The position numbers and the translations under genes were made by a program. The notes under the pieces are model-generated. The model was not told the DNA's origin and did no database searches. It saw nothing but the letters and a program-made list of their open reading frames with translations. Positions 1-10,699 of a stretch of DNA of 64,000 nucleotides are shown piece by piece. The stretch is from contig CAZXDT010000002.1 in the NCBI GenBank assembly GCA_964639295.1, positions 134,896-198,895 on the forward strand, written 5' to 3'. Each line of letters opens with the position of its first letter. Position 1 is the stretch's first letter. This stretch comes from an uncultured Candidatus Saccharibacteria bacterium. Its GTDB lineage: Bacteria > Patescibacteriota > Saccharimonadia > Saccharimonadales > JALRHH01.

Positions 1-34
1 TGATATTGCCGTTGCTGATGCAGCCACCGATGGG

Positions 35-862
35 GTGAAAGTAAATGTTCGTGATCTAGAAGCTCCGATTAAACATTTGTCGGTGACAGAGATGACTCCT
101 GAACAATTGGCAAAAAATGCTGCAAAATACGAGGAGATGGGCTGGGAAATCGATGAGCAGCTAGTAGAGCAAGCCAAGAATATGCTGCTGTCATTACCCC
201 TCATTCATAGGACAAGTAACGAGCGTATCCTGCGCCCTCATAAAGCAGAATTAGCAGAAACGGAAGCAGTCCCTACTCCTCAATCAATCTTGCACAGGGA
301 TGGGTTCTTAGATCGTCACGATGCGCATCATAATACCTTTCGTTTGGACCGCCAACTTGATCTTGATGAGTATGTTTTTATGGGCTGGGGTGCGCCACTG
401 GCAGAACATGATAGTTCTTTCATTGCCCAGGCTAGGGAAGGTTTACTGATTGATCCCGAGCTTCTTTTTTCTGAGGATTGTGTAGTAACCCCTATAGATC
501 TAGCGACAATGGTTGAAGGCTACGCAATGGACGGTGGAGTGACGGACAGAGAAACTGAAGATATCGCAAAGGAATATCTAGAGACAGTTGTTAGTGGGGC
601 TGCCTGGCTTGAAATCGCTGCCCGCAGGTTGGCTAAGCATATTCAGGAGAACCCTAGGCAGGCTATGGAGCTCACGCTTGAGTCCCTCGGAGAAGTTAAG
701 TTTAGGGGTAAGATGCCTCGCTCTGCCGTAATAGGTACTCTAGATTTAGATGACAAAGCCGAATACAAACTGTATGAGGATACAGTACGAGTAGAAACTG
801 GTGGGCATGTTGCTTTAAAGAGACCAAAGTTGCGCAACCGAGTTCTCAGAAAGAGACATTAG
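35..862 (+). CDS. hypothetical protein; the reading frame is open back to window position 2, so the true 5' end may lie upstream
   Basis: 275-codon ORF from a GTG. No in-frame stop between position 2 and 35. I recognise no family motif. Confidence 0.5.
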   Translation: MKVNVRDLEAPIKHLSVTEMTPEQLAKNAAKYEEMGWEIDEQLVEQAKNMLLSLPLIHRTSNERILRPHKAELAETEAVPTPQSILHRDGFLDRHDAHHNTFRLDRQLDLDEYVFMGWGAPLAEHDSSFIAQAREGLLIDPELLFSEDCVVTPIDLATMVEGYAMDGGVTDRETEDIAKEYLETVVSGAAWLEIAARRLAKHIQENPRQAMELTLESLGEVKFRGKMPRSAVIGTLDLDDKAEYKLYEDTVRVETGGHVALKRPKLRNRVLRKRH

Positions 863-865
863 AAT

Positions 866-1624
866 TTAGTAATTCGGCGCAGCAGGGAGTCCAAAGAACT
901 CTTCGAGAGTTGTAACCCCCTGTTTTTGCATTTCTGCAGATAATTCTGTGCCGATATAGCGAATGTGCCATGGTTCGGCGCGGTAGCCCGTAATAGGCTG
1001 TTTTTCTGTGGTGTAACGGATAATAAAGCCGTATTTGTAAGCATTGGCTGCCAACCATTTACCCTCGGCTGTCTTGCCAAAACAATCTTCAATGCCACAA
1101 CCTCCGCCGCCAACGTCGACGGCCCAGCCAGTCTGATGTTCGCTGGTACCAGGACGAGCACTTTCTGTGTCCGCTGTTGCTTGTCCATAGTTCTTCACCT
1201 CGTTGTTGTACACAGAAACTTGTGTGTTGTATGAACGATACCCGCTCAGGGCACTGATTGTCAGGCCTTGTTTCTTGGCATCGGCAATAAGCTTGGCAAG
1301 TGCTGTGGCAGCTTCTTTGCGCATCTGTTGACCACCACCCACAGCTGTCAAATCTGCCGGTGCGTAGTCCTTGGGGTTTAGAGGACGTGTTTTGTTGACT
1401 ACTACCCACGGGCTAGACGGCGCGTCATGGGAGTATTTGTTTTTATCAAAACTAGCAGGGACTTGCTGTTGGTTGTTTTGTTCTACGGGTTTTTGGGCAA
1501 TATCAGTTTTTAGGGGTGATGCTGGAGTGACTGGTTTGGTGCTTGGGTGCTTCCAGAGGTACACGCCAGTGCCAATGAGGAGCACAAGAATCAGTACCGA
1601 TGGTAATATCTTTTTCATATTCAT
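866..1624 (-). CDS. D-alanyl-D-alanine carboxypeptidase / peptidase M15 (VanY family), membrane-anchored
   Basis: N-terminal TM helix (ILPSVLILVLLIGTGVYLW). VanY motifs SEHQTGWAVDV and EPWHIRYIG are present. Confidence 0.85.
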   Translation of the reverse strand: MNMKKILPSVLILVLLIGTGVYLWKHPSTKPVTPASPLKTDIAQKPVEQNNQQQVPASFDKNKYSHDAPSSPWVVVNKTRPLNPKDYAPADLTAVGGGQQMRKEAATALAKLIADAKKQGLTISALSGYRSYNTQVSVYNNEVKNYGQATADTESARPGTSEHQTGWAVDVGGGGCGIEDCFGKTAEGKWLAANAYKYGFIIRYTTEKQPITGYRAEPWHIRYIGTELSAEMQKQGVTTLEEFFGLPAAPNY

Positions 1625-1699
1625 AGACCTATCGTACTACAATCGAAGAACAGAGGATAATAAGTGCTCTAATCGTATCTTTCGGGATACAATACAGTC

Positions 1700-2899
1700 A
1701 TGAAGTGGCGCCACAACTCGACGGGCAGGAGGCACATAGTAGCTGTAACTGTGGTTATCATCTGTCTGGTAACGGCAGCTTTTGGTGGTTGGATATGGCT
1801 CCATAATCGAGCAAATGGCTTGGTTACACGGACGAACCAGACGGCTCCACTACCAGCTACGGAAAAGGCAACTACTACAGTTTCTGGAAAATACTTGTTC
1901 AGTGGCACCAGTACTTGGGCTCGAGCGACAGAACGCGATGCAAAAGGTGACTATAGCCAGCCATTCAGCCAACTGAGTACATTTGGCGCATACGACGCCT
2001 GGTCTACTGATTTTGAATGCCCAATCACCAACAACGTCGTCCCATATGCCACGCAGATTAGCCAATTAGTGTTCAATTGCCGCCCAGAGTTTTTGCCCAC
2101 GGCAACTAAGTACATAAACTTGTACGATCTTGCCAACAATCACACCGATAATCAAGGTGGCAGTAAGGGTTTAGAAGAAACCAGGAGGCACTTGGATGCC
2201 GCAGGTGCTCAATATTATGGTAGTTTTGACCCGTCTGTATCAGATGATGTATGTGAAGTGATCGCTTTGCCAGTACGTCTGCAAGCAGCTGATCAGGCAG
2301 AGCAAAAAGCCACGCTACCAGTAGCATTTTGTGCTTGGCATTATTTCTACCGTAAGCCACTACCGGGTGAGCTCGATGTCATGGACCAATATGCCAAGAT
2401 AATGCCAGTGTTTGCTTTCGTTGAGGCTGGGGCAGAATATAAGCCCAAAGCTGATGGTATTCAAGAAGAAATTGCGCATCAGATAATGGACCACGAGCCA
2501 GAATTCCTGGTAGCTAATAGCCCACATTGGGTTCAGAACACAGAAGTCTACAAGGGCAAGCTTATCGTCTACTCAACAGGCAACTTCATATTTGACCAAG
2601 TGGATACTGAGACGCGTCGTGGGGCAAGTCTGGATGTCAAAGTTACTGTCAAACGTGATGCGAACATCGACAAATGGCTGGCACTTGGTGATTCATGTAA
2701 GGTCTTTAAAGACGACTGTCTGGAAAAAGCGCAACAACAAGGCCTGACCAAGCCAAAACTTACGTATACTTACGGTGTTGTTGGTAGTCAGGGTGGTGTG
2801 GGTGTGCCCACGCATAAGGCAGATGCTACAACTCAAAAGGCAATTGAAGAACGTATGAACTGGGCAGAGACGCTTAAAGCCCTTGGCCAGATTGAGTAA
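1700..2899 (+). CDS. CapA-family (poly-gamma-glutamate capsule synthesis / metallophosphatase-like) membrane-anchored protein
   Basis: N-terminal TM segment. CapA-like segments NNHTDNQG...LDAAGAQYYG and NSPHWVQNTEVYKGKLIVYSTGNFIFDQ. TACAAT lies 6 nt upstream of the ATG. Confidence 0.7.
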   Translation: MKWRHNSTGRRHIVAVTVVIICLVTAAFGGWIWLHNRANGLVTRTNQTAPLPATEKATTTVSGKYLFSGTSTWARATERDAKGDYSQPFSQLSTFGAYDAWSTDFECPITNNVVPYATQISQLVFNCRPEFLPTATKYINLYDLANNHTDNQGGSKGLEETRRHLDAAGAQYYGSFDPSVSDDVCEVIALPVRLQAADQAEQKATLPVAFCAWHYFYRKPLPGELDVMDQYAKIMPVFAFVEAGAEYKPKADGIQEEIAHQIMDHEPEFLVANSPHWVQNTEVYKGKLIVYSTGNFIFDQVDTETRRGASLDVKVTVKRDANIDKWLALGDSCKVFKDDCLEKAQQQGLTKPKLTYTYGVVGSQGGVGVPTHKADATTQKAIEERMNWAETLKALGQIE

Positions 2900-2915
2900 T
2901 GGTATACTGGGCCGT

Positions 2916-3470
2916 ATGACCGATATAGATAAAAAGGCTGTCCCGACCAAACTTCTCTGGGTTGACCTAGAAATGACCGGACTCGACGTCCAGAATGACG
3001 TGATAATTGAAGTTGCGGTGGAAGTAACCGATTTTACATTTAAGACACTCGCTAGCTACGAGGCAATCATTCACCAACCTGACGATGTTATGGCTCGCGC
3101 CAACGACTGGGCCAAGGCTCAACACGCTGCGAGTGGGCTCACCGAGCGTGTACGAACACAGGGTAGGGCAGAGCGTGATGTTGTACACGAGCTAGTTGGC
3201 TTTATCCAGGCACAGTTTGGCGACGAACCAGCTATCATGGCTGGTAACTCTATTCATAATGATCGTAACTTCGTAAAACAGTGGTGGCCAGAGGTAGATG
3301 AGCTGCTCCACTACCGTATGCTTGACGTTAGCACCCTAAAAATCCTTATGCAGGCCAAGTACAACGTTAACTTCGAGAAAAAAGAAGCCCACCGTGCCTT
3401 CGATGACATTCAGGCTTCAATTGCCGAACTCCAACACTACCTAGAGTGGTTTTCCTCTCACCCTCAATAA
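2916..3470 (+). CDS. orn: oligoribonuclease
   Basis: LLWVDLEMTGLD exonuclease motif I, HNDRNF, and AHRAFDDIQASIAELQHY. I chose ATG 2916 (TGgTATACT ends 7 nt upstream) rather than the track start 2883, which overlaps the upstream gene. Confidence 0.88.
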   Translation: MTDIDKKAVPTKLLWVDLEMTGLDVQNDVIIEVAVEVTDFTFKTLASYEAIIHQPDDVMARANDWAKAQHAASGLTERVRTQGRAERDVVHELVGFIQAQFGDEPAIMAGNSIHNDRNFVKQWWPEVDELLHYRMLDVSTLKILMQAKYNVNFEKKEAHRAFDDIQASIAELQHYLEWFSSHPQ

Positions 3471-3492
3471 TCCGTCCTTGGTATAATGGGGT

Positions 3493-4020
3493 ATGGCAGA
3501 AGTTTTAGGAACAGATACACAATATAGCATTGAGCAACTTGATGGTGAGTTAGGTTACAATGACCAACTCGTATTAGCCGGAATTTTTAAACTTTGTTAT
3601 CCAGGTGAGGGTAGTGTTCCTCTTGATGAGTTCAAAGAGGCACTTGAGCCCCACGTTGATGAAAGTGAAAAACGCGCTGTGCTGTTGGGTATGAGAGATC
3701 GTAGTACTGAAAGCTTGGTAGGGTTTGGCATATTGAGTCTTGTTCAGCATCCCTCAGATCCGCGCGTAGAGGTTGACTATATGGGCATTCATCCAAGGCT
3801 GAGAAAACAAGGCTTAGGGAGTGCTTTTGTTAGAGAAATTACCACTTTTACGGACCAACAAGGTATCCCGGTAGTGCAGTTCTCTGATGTACCCAAGTAT
3901 GTGGTTGATAGAGTTACAAAGAAGCCAATGCGCAATCCGGCACTTGGAATGCTCAGTAAAGAAGGTTTTGAACAGATAGCTCGGAACAAAATACGCTACA
4001 CAATACCTAGCAATTCGTGA
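3493..4020 (+). CDS. GNAT-family N-acetyltransferase
   Basis: Acetyl-CoA-binding motif HPRLRKQGLGSAFV. TGgTATAAT ends 5 nt upstream of the ATG. Confidence 0.7.
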   Translation: MAEVLGTDTQYSIEQLDGELGYNDQLVLAGIFKLCYPGEGSVPLDEFKEALEPHVDESEKRAVLLGMRDRSTESLVGFGILSLVQHPSDPRVEVDYMGIHPRLRKQGLGSAFVREITTFTDQQGIPVVQFSDVPKYVVDRVTKKPMRNPALGMLSKEGFEQIARNKIRYTIPSNS

Positions 4021-4063
4021 CTTGCCCATACTCGCGCAAGGGTATAAGCTTGGGATACACCGA

Positions 4064-4495
4064 ATGCATATGAAACGGTTTTCCAAGCGTACATCAATCA
4101 TCCTCACAGTCGTCACTATCCTGGCCGGCACCGGCATTTATTTTGCTTTTTTTAGTGGTGACAAATCAATCACCAGCTTCAACAATACTCCTGGGAAAGT
4201 TAATCCCCAGCCCTTATATATAGATCCTGCTTATGTATCGATCATGTCGTACGGTTTCGAGCCTAAGACAGTCAAAATCAAGCAAGGCCAAGCAATAGTG
4301 TGGACCAATAAAGATACTGCACCACACCAGGTTTCAGCAGACTCAATCCAGGGCGATAACACTACCCCGATCTTCTTCTCACAAGGTGAGTCTCCTCGGA
4401 AGGAGAGTGTGTTGTTCACTTTCTTTACGAAGGGTACGTTTACCTACCACGACCAAATAACCCCAACTTTCAAGGGTACGATCATTGTTGAATAG
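4064..4495 (+). CDS. cupredoxin-like domain protein, membrane-anchored
   Basis: TM helix SIILTVVTILAGTGIYFAFF, then a cupredoxin-like VKIKQGQAIVWTNKDTAPHQV...GTIIVE. I prefer start ATG 4064 (or 4070) over the track's TTG 4022. Confidence 0.6.
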   Translation: MHMKRFSKRTSIILTVVTILAGTGIYFAFFSGDKSITSFNNTPGKVNPQPLYIDPAYVSIMSYGFEPKTVKIKQGQAIVWTNKDTAPHQVSADSIQGDNTTPIFFSQGESPRKESVLFTFFTKGTFTYHDQITPTFKGTIIVE

Positions 4496-4519
4496 CCCAG
4501 GGGTGGTACAATCAAACAG

Positions 4520-4864
4520 ATGAATCACAAAGAAGTAGAAGAATATGTGCTCAGTATGCCAAACGCCGTGCGGGAATATCCGTTTGGCGAAGACGTTGCT
4601 GTGTACAAGGTTGACGATAAAATGTTCGCCCTCATCCCTGAAGGCAAGGACCCGGTGCGGATCAGCCTTAAGTGCGACCCGCAACTGAGTGTGCTGTTAC
4701 GTGAAAAATATGAGTCAGTCATGGGCGGCTACCACCTCAACAAGAAACATTGGAACACAATTGTGCTCAGCGGGCAGCTCCCATGGGAAGAAATCCGTGG
4801 CCTGATCCTCCACAGCTACAACCTAGTAGCGGGCATAGATACGCATGCCCCAACGGTTAAGTAA
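4520..4864 (+). CDS. MmcQ/YjbR-family DNA-binding protein
   Basis: ISLKCDP...GGYHLNKKHWNTIVL is the family signature. TGgTACAAT ends 7 nt upstream of the ATG. Confidence 0.75.
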   Translation: MNHKEVEEYVLSMPNAVREYPFGEDVAVYKVDDKMFALIPEGKDPVRISLKCDPQLSVLLREKYESVMGGYHLNKKHWNTIVLSGQLPWEEIRGLILHSYNLVAGIDTHAPTVK

Positions 4865-5437
4865 CTATTTCTTTGTAGTCAATTGCACTGCGTGTGTATA
4901 GAGGTCAGTTAGGCTGGCCTTGAGTTTTTTGCCGCTAGCTTTATCGTATGCACTCTTAAGTGTTGTCTGGTACTGCGTCAGCTCTGTTTGGATGATTTGC
5001 GTAAAGACCTCATCAAACTTATTAGATTGCTCGGCGGTGGTGAGCGCTACATCTGTTTTGTTACTTCTACCAAGAGCTAACTCTTTGCTAGTCACCTTAG
5101 TGTGGCTCAGCAAGACTGTCTGGTCTGACTGCAGTGCTAAGCTGGTGTTTATCGCCAGATTCACTGTTGCTGGGTCACGCGCCTTCTCTATACCTATCTT
5201 ACTGATCCGAATAAGTTCTGTTTGCTGTTGAGCCGCTTTGAGTAGATCCTGTTTCTCGGCATTACCGCCAGAAGATAGTAGTGTCATGGCCACAAATCCG
5301 ACAATCATCAGGACAACTAGTCCAACAATAGCCACAATAATGCGTCCCTGTTTGCCGTTGCCGGTAGGTAATAGTGACTTCTTTGCCTTGTGGTTGGTGT
5401 CATTAATAAACTGATACGGGTTTTCTTGCGGCTGCAT
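4865..5437 (-). CDS. hypothetical single-pass membrane protein
   Basis: ORF with TM helix IIVAIVGLVVLMIVGFVAMTLL. I chose the start at MQPQENPY; the track ORF extends to 5488. Confidence 0.5.
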   Translation of the reverse strand: MQPQENPYQFINDTNHKAKKSLLPTGNGKQGRIIVAIVGLVVLMIVGFVAMTLLSSGGNAEKQDLLKAAQQQTELIRISKIGIEKARDPATVNLAINTSLALQSDQTVLLSHTKVTSKELALGRSNKTDVALTTAEQSNKFDEVFTQIIQTELTQYQTTLKSAYDKASGKKLKASLTDLYTHAVQLTTKK

Positions 5438-5561
5438 AACCATAAGCATAGCGTAACAAGGGCCAAACAGGCTAGTGCACAGGACCACGTAGTTGACAAT
5501 AAAGCATAAGTATGATACTATGTTAACAATCTAGCAAAACAAAAACTAGAACAAAAAGGAA

Positions 5562-5870
5562 ATGAATATGACAGAAACAGCACACTACCAAGATACTGAT
5601 AATCAAATACTACCCCGAACAGAAGCAGATGCAATTGCAGAAGCAAACGTTGATGCTATAGAGCAAGAACGTTTTGACGCATTTGCTCCACAGCACAACA
5701 TTGAATATGAAAAGCCTGCTACTAGGATCGCTAAGCAGACTGGAGTCCGTGTGATGCACTTTGTTGAGCAGGGAACGGGTGGCAGAGGTGCTCATAGTGG
5801 TAGTTCTCGAGAACGTCGAGAGCAGGAACGCACAAAGGTTGGATTACCTCCCAAAGGTTTCTTTGATTAA
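5562..5870 (+). CDS. hypothetical protein
   Basis: 102-codon ORF with an AAAGGAAA SD upstream and a terminator hairpin downstream. Confidence 0.5.
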   Translation: MNMTETAHYQDTDNQILPRTEADAIAEANVDAIEQERFDAFAPQHNIEYEKPATRIAKQTGVRVMHFVEQGTGGRGAHSGSSRERREQERTKVGLPPKGFFD

Positions 5871-5885
5871 AAACTTATACATCTC

Positions 5886-5916
5886 AAAAAGAGCCGGAGA
5901 GATCTGGCTCTTTTTG
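5886..5916 (+). terminator. rho-independent terminator
   Basis: AAAAAGAGCC-(10 nt)-GGCTCTTTTT hairpin followed by a T-run. Confidence 0.75.
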
Positions 5917-5963
5917 GTTGTGCTTGCTTGTAATACTCTCGGGCGCCATACTATATAACAGAT

Positions 5964-7715
5964 ATGGATGCGGTAGAGGAGATTAAGTCCCGGCTCAACA
6001 TCGAAGATGTTGTGGGTGAATACGTGCAGCTCAAACGAGCTGGGCGTAATTTCAAGGGGCTCAGCCCATTTACTGCAGAGCGAACACCGAGCTTTGTAGT
6101 GAGTCCAGAAAAGGGCATTTGGCACGACTTTTCATCCGGAAAGGGCGGCAATATTTTTAGCTTCGTTATGGAGTTAGAGGGGCTAGAATTTAAAGAAGCC
6201 CTGGAACTATTGGCGCGTAAAGCCAATGTAGACCTTGAACAATTCCGGGGTAGCCGCGGTGGCGGTAACGCACAAATAAAAGAGCGCCTGTTTGCCGCAA
6301 ATGAAGCAGCAGCGCGGTTTTACCAAGTGCAATTTAGTAAGAATAAAGTCGCGCTGGAATACGTTTTTGGTACACGCAAATTCAGCAAGGAAATTGCTCT
6401 TGAATTCCGCCTGGGCTACTCCCCAAATAACGGCAGTGCCCTTATCGATCACCTGGTTAAAAAGGGTTTTACAGAGAAGGAACTAACACAAGCAGGACTA
6501 ACAGCGAGGCGTTACCGCGGCGGCATTCAGGACATGTTCCGTGGCCGTTTAATGGTGACATTGATGGACCAGCAAGGCAGAGTAATTGGGTTTACTGCTC
6601 GGCAATTAGATGACGACCCCAATGCCCCTAAATACATCAATACGCCGCAGACGATTCTGTACGACAAGTCCCGCCACGTGTACGGATTTAGCCAGGCTAA
6701 GGATGCTCTCCGCAAAGAGGGCTTTGCTGTATTGGTTGAGGGTAACCTCGATGTAATTGCTAGCCACCAAGCAGGCGTGCGTAATGTCGTAGCCACGGCT
6801 GGTACGGCGCTGACAGAAATGCATCTCAAAACAATTAGTCGGTTTACCGGTGATGTTCGCTTGGCCTTTGACCAAGACAAAGCCGGGCTTGCCGCAACCG
6901 AACGATCCATCCCGATTGCCAGCAAAGTGGGCGTCAAACTAAGTATCATTACTATTCCATCAGGAAAAGATCCCGACGAACTGATCAAAAAAGATCCCAA
7001 ACTATGGGAAGGCGCTATCAATAAACACGAATACGCCATCGACTGGGTAATCAATAAATACACCGAGCAGCTAGACCTCACTAAGGCGCCAGAAAAGCGT
7101 GAATTTAGTGATGTGACACTAGAGGTTGTACGTAAATTGCCGGACAGTGTAGAGCAAGATCACTACATGCGTAAAATTGCTGGAATATTGGGTGTAAGCC
7201 CCGACGCTATCCAGAGTAAATTGAACGAAACGCCATCCCAGCGTGCCACACGTAAGCAAACTCGTCAGCAGCCTATAGAGATTGATCAACACGCACTAGA
7301 ACGCAAGAAGAATCAAGATCAGATATTAGCCCTGGCATTAATGCGTCCGTCACTGCGTCACTGCATAGAGGGAATAGACGCTGACATGCTGCTAGAGCCC
7401 GACGCGCAGGCCCTAACCGCCTATTTACAGGCCCACCCAGACTTTGATGGTAAGCTCACTGGTGTACCCCAGTTGAAAAAGATTGCTGAATATATTAAAA
7501 TAGTATCATTACAGTACGAAACTTTGTACCAAGATCAAGACGATGTCGAACTGAGCCTAGAGGCCAAGCGACTACGGACCCGTCTCATCGAACAATACGT
7601 CAAAAGTAAAAAAGCAGAATTGGCTTACGCGTTGCAAGACGCTGACGAGTCACAAACCACCGAGTTGCTAGAACAAGCACGCGCACTCGATGCACTACTA
7701 AAGCGCTATATTTAA
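5964..7715 (+). CDS. dnaG: DNA primase
   Basis: Zinc-ribbon region ([33 protein letters not shown]) and TOPRIM region ([16 protein letters not shown]...AFDQDKAG). Confidence 0.95.
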   Translation: MDAVEEIKSRLNIEDVVGEYVQLKRAGRNFKGLSPFTAERTPSFVVSPEKGIWHDFSSGKGGNIFSFVMELEGLEFKEALELLARKANVDLEQFRGSRGGGNAQIKERLFAANEAAARFYQVQFSKNKVALEYVFGTRKFSKEIALEFRLGYSPNNGSALIDHLVKKGFTEKELTQAGLTARRYRGGIQDMFRGRLMVTLMDQQGRVIGFTARQLDDDPNAPKYINTPQTILYDKSRHVYGFSQAKDALRKEGFAVLVEGNLDVIASHQAGVRNVVATAGTALTEMHLKTISRFTGDVRLAFDQDKAGLAATERSIPIASKVGVKLSIITIPSGKDPDELIKKDPKLWEGAINKHEYAIDWVINKYTEQLDLTKAPEKREFSDVTLEVVRKLPDSVEQDHYMRKIAGILGVSPDAIQSKLNETPSQRATRKQTRQQPIEIDQHALERKKNQDQILALALMRPSLRHCIEGIDADMLLEPDAQALTAYLQAHPDFDGKLTGVPQLKKIAEYIKIVSLQYETLYQDQDDVELSLEAKRLRTRLIEQYVKSKKAELAYALQDADESQTTELLEQARALDALLKRYI

Positions 7716-7729
7716 GAAGGAGTACGCCC

Positions 7730-8866
7730 ATGGCTAAAGCCAAAACACCCGCGGAACCGTCATTCGATGACATTAAAAAAGACCTATTAGAAAAAGCCAA
7801 AAAAGATGGCAAGATTGATCAGCAACACATATTTACACTGATCCCTGACGTGCCAGAGAACGCCGAAGTTTTGGATGGTCTCTACACCGAACTTGCAGAA
7901 GCCAACCTGGAACTAACCGTAGATGCTGCAGTTATCCCTGGTGATATCCCAGCAATACCAAGTTCTGCTGACGCTTGGTCTGCAGAAGAGGACGAAGAAG
8001 AAATCGTTATCGACGAAAAAGTCTACATGGACGACATCGCCGATGACTCTGTCCGTCTGTACCTCCGAGAAATCGGTAAGATTCCACTGCTTAATGCAGA
8101 AGAAGAACTTGCACTAGCCAACCAAGTTGTTGCTGGTGACAAGCGCGCTAAGGACAAAATGGCAGAAGCTAACATGCGTTTAGTTGTATCTATCGCTAAG
8201 CGCTACGTAGGTCGTGGCCTAGATCTTTTGGACCTTATTCAAGAAGGTAACACTGGTCTACTGCGCGCCGTAGAAAAGTTCGACCCAGATAAGGGATTCA
8301 AATTCAGTACCTATGCAACATGGTGGATTCGCCAGGCTATTACCCGTGCTATCGCTGACCAAGCGCGTACTATTCGTATTCCGGTACACATGGTAGAAAC
8401 TATCAACAAATTGCTCCGCACACAACGTCGTTTAACTCAGGAACTCAACCGCGAGCCTACCAACGAAGAAATTGCCAAGGAAATGGAAATCGAGGTAGAG
8501 AAGGTTGAACACATCATGAAGATCAAGCAGGACATTAGCTCTCTTGATGCCTCTGTACGTGACGATGAGGAAGACTCTGTACTTGCTGACTTCATCGAAG
8601 ATGAAGATACTATCTCTCCTGAAGAATCAGCTACAGGCCAGTTGCTTAAAGAACATGTTAAAGACATGCTGGGCGCACTAACAGAACGAGAACAGAAGAT
8701 TTTGAAGCTCCGCTTTGGTCTTGAAGATGGCAAAAGCCACACTCTAGAAGAAGTAGGGCAGGAATTCTCCGTAACCCGTGAACGTATCCGTCAAATCGAG
8801 GCAAAAGCCCTCGCTAAGTTACGTAAACACAAAGACGCCAAAAAGCTCCACGACTACATTAAATAA
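7730..8866 (+). CDS. rpoD: RNA polymerase sigma factor, primary sigma-70 type
   Basis: Regions 2-4 are present: [54 protein letters not shown] and [33 protein letters not shown] upstream. Confidence 0.95.
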   Translation: MAKAKTPAEPSFDDIKKDLLEKAKKDGKIDQQHIFTLIPDVPENAEVLDGLYTELAEANLELTVDAAVIPGDIPAIPSSADAWSAEEDEEEIVIDEKVYMDDIADDSVRLYLREIGKIPLLNAEEELALANQVVAGDKRAKDKMAEANMRLVVSIAKRYVGRGLDLLDLIQEGNTGLLRAVEKFDPDKGFKFSTYATWWIRQAITRAIADQARTIRIPVHMVETINKLLRTQRRLTQELNREPTNEEIAKEMEIEVEKVEHIMKIKQDISSLDASVRDDEEDSVLADFIEDEDTISPEESATGQLLKEHVKDMLGALTEREQKILKLRFGLEDGKSHTLEEVGQEFSVTRERIRQIEAKALAKLRKHKDAKKLHDYIK

Positions 8867-8883
8867 GTAGTGTTGAGATCTAG

Positions 8884-8910
8884 AAAAGGCCCGGGGAAAC
8901 CCGGGCTTTT
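8884..8910 (+). terminator. rho-independent terminator
   Basis: GCCCGGG-GAAA-CCCGGGC stem-loop followed by TTTT. Confidence 0.8.
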
Positions 8911-8928
8911 CTGATAGAATAGGACGGT

Positions 8929-9516
8929 ATGAAAATTATTGGACTATCTGGTACTAATGGTTCTGGCAAGGACACCATCGGGCATATGTTAACAGAACGG
9001 TACGGATATCTATTCGTGTCACTAACTGACATGTTGCGCAAAGAAGCTCGTTTACGCGGAGAAGAACCAACACGCGAGGTGTTGCGCACAATTAGTGCTG
9101 AATGGCGTCGTGAGAACGGCCTGGGCGTATTAGTAGACAAGGCTATTGAACATCTAGAAGAGCTTGACGCAGACTTTCGTGGCTTGGTAGTTGCAAGTCT
9201 CCGTAACCCTGGCGAAGCTGATAAGGTGCATGAACTTGGTGGAACCGTAGTCTGGACCGATGCTGACCCGCATGTTCGCTATGACCGCATCCAGTCTCAT
9301 GCTGCAGAGCGTAACCGTGTAGAAGAAGATAACAAGACCTTTGAGCAGTTTGTTGCAGAAGAGCAGGCGGAAATGACCACAACCGGTGATGCTGCAACAC
9401 TCAACATGTCTGCCGTTAAAGAACGAGCTGACATTACTATCGCAAATGACGGGAATGATATAGAGTCCTTCAAAGACGCAGCGGAGCAGGCACTTAAGCA
9501 GCACTCCATTCTGTAG
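8929..9516 (+). CDS. P-loop nucleoside/nucleotide kinase family protein (dephospho-CoA kinase / dNMP kinase-like)
   Basis: Walker A motif GLSGTNGSGKDT at the N-terminus and a kinase-like size. The substrate cannot be determined from sequence. Confidence 0.55.
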   Translation: MKIIGLSGTNGSGKDTIGHMLTERYGYLFVSLTDMLRKEARLRGEEPTREVLRTISAEWRRENGLGVLVDKAIEHLEELDADFRGLVVASLRNPGEADKVHELGGTVVWTDADPHVRYDRIQSHAAERNRVEEDNKTFEQFVAEEQAEMTTTGDAATLNMSAVKERADITIANDGNDIESFKDAAEQALKQHSIL

Positions 9517-9533
9517 AGGCGTATACTAGGAGC

Positions 9534-10640
9534 ATGTCAAAAATGACGATTACTACCGATACTGATGTTTTTACGGCCAAATTGGCCGAATATAAGCGAG
9601 TAATTGACGCTGATATTGCCACGTATAGCAAGCAGTTAGAGCGGCAGACGCTGCAGCACTTTGGTGCAAATGCTCGATTAGAGATTGACTCGTTCCTCAG
9701 CATTCTAGAACGGGGCGGTAAGCGTATCCGCGGCGCATTGACTATGCTCTCGTACGAAATGTGCGGTGGCACAGACAAACAAATGATTACGGAGGCTGCA
9801 CGGGCACTTGAAATGCTCCATGCCTATATTTTGATCATAGATGACGTGCAGGATCACTCTGGTATCCGTCGTAGTGGCCCAACTGCCCATGTCTTACTGG
9901 GTAATTATCACCGCCGCCATGAACTTGCTAACGATTCTGACCACTTTGGTGTATCAATTGCCATTAATGCAGCACTCAGCGGTGCACATGCTGCGCAGCA
10001 GGTACTGACTCAGGTCAAGGCTAATCCAGAGGTAAAACTCAAAGCCATAGAAACCATCAATAACACCATGGTTGTAACTGCACACGGCCAGACAAACGAC
10101 ATTATTAACGAAGTAGTAGCCGAAGTTACGCGCCAAGATATTGAACGTGTCCTAGAATGGAAGACAGCTCACTATACTTTCCTTAACCCACTGACAGTGG
10201 GCATGATCTTGGCCGGGGCGGACGATAGCAGCATCAAGGCGATTACCGATTACGCTATGCATGCTGGCAAAGCCTTCCAAGTGACTGACGACATTCTTGG
10301 AACCTTTGGTAGCGAGTTTGAGAGCGGCAAGAGCCCTATGGATGATATTCGTGAAGGCAAGCGGACACTGATTATTGCTCACGCACTGGAAAACACCAAT
10401 GATGACAACAAAAATTTCCTGGTACAGATGCTCGGGAATGCTCATTTAACACCGGTAGAGTTTGAGCGTTGCAAAGATATCCTGATTGAATCTGGTGCTC
10501 TTGAATATGCCCAGCAATATGCTAAAAAGCACGTTGCACAGGCTATCACTTCACTTGAAAACCACCCATCAGATTGGAATGAATCTGGTGTGCAGTTCCT
10601 TCGTGGCTTGGCTACCTACCTTCTCGGCCGTACAGCCTGA
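9534..10640 (+). CDS. polyprenyl diphosphate synthase (trans-isoprenyl diphosphate synthase family)
   Basis: First Asp-rich motif LIIDDVQDHSGIRR and second motif FQVTDDILG. Confidence 0.88.
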   Translation: MSKMTITTDTDVFTAKLAEYKRVIDADIATYSKQLERQTLQHFGANARLEIDSFLSILERGGKRIRGALTMLSYEMCGGTDKQMITEAARALEMLHAYILIIDDVQDHSGIRRSGPTAHVLLGNYHRRHELANDSDHFGVSIAINAALSGAHAAQQVLTQVKANPEVKLKAIETINNTMVVTAHGQTNDIINEVVAEVTRQDIERVLEWKTAHYTFLNPLTVGMILAGADDSSIKAITDYAMHAGKAFQVTDDILGTFGSEFESGKSPMDDIREGKRTLIIAHALENTNDDNKNFLVQMLGNAHLTPVEFERCKDILIESGALEYAQQYAKKHVAQAITSLENHPSDWNESGVQFLRGLATYLLGRTA

Positions 10641-10699
10641 GTCTTGTCATATTGCATAAGCGATTTATTCAGTAGGCTAACCAGCGTATACTGTTACTA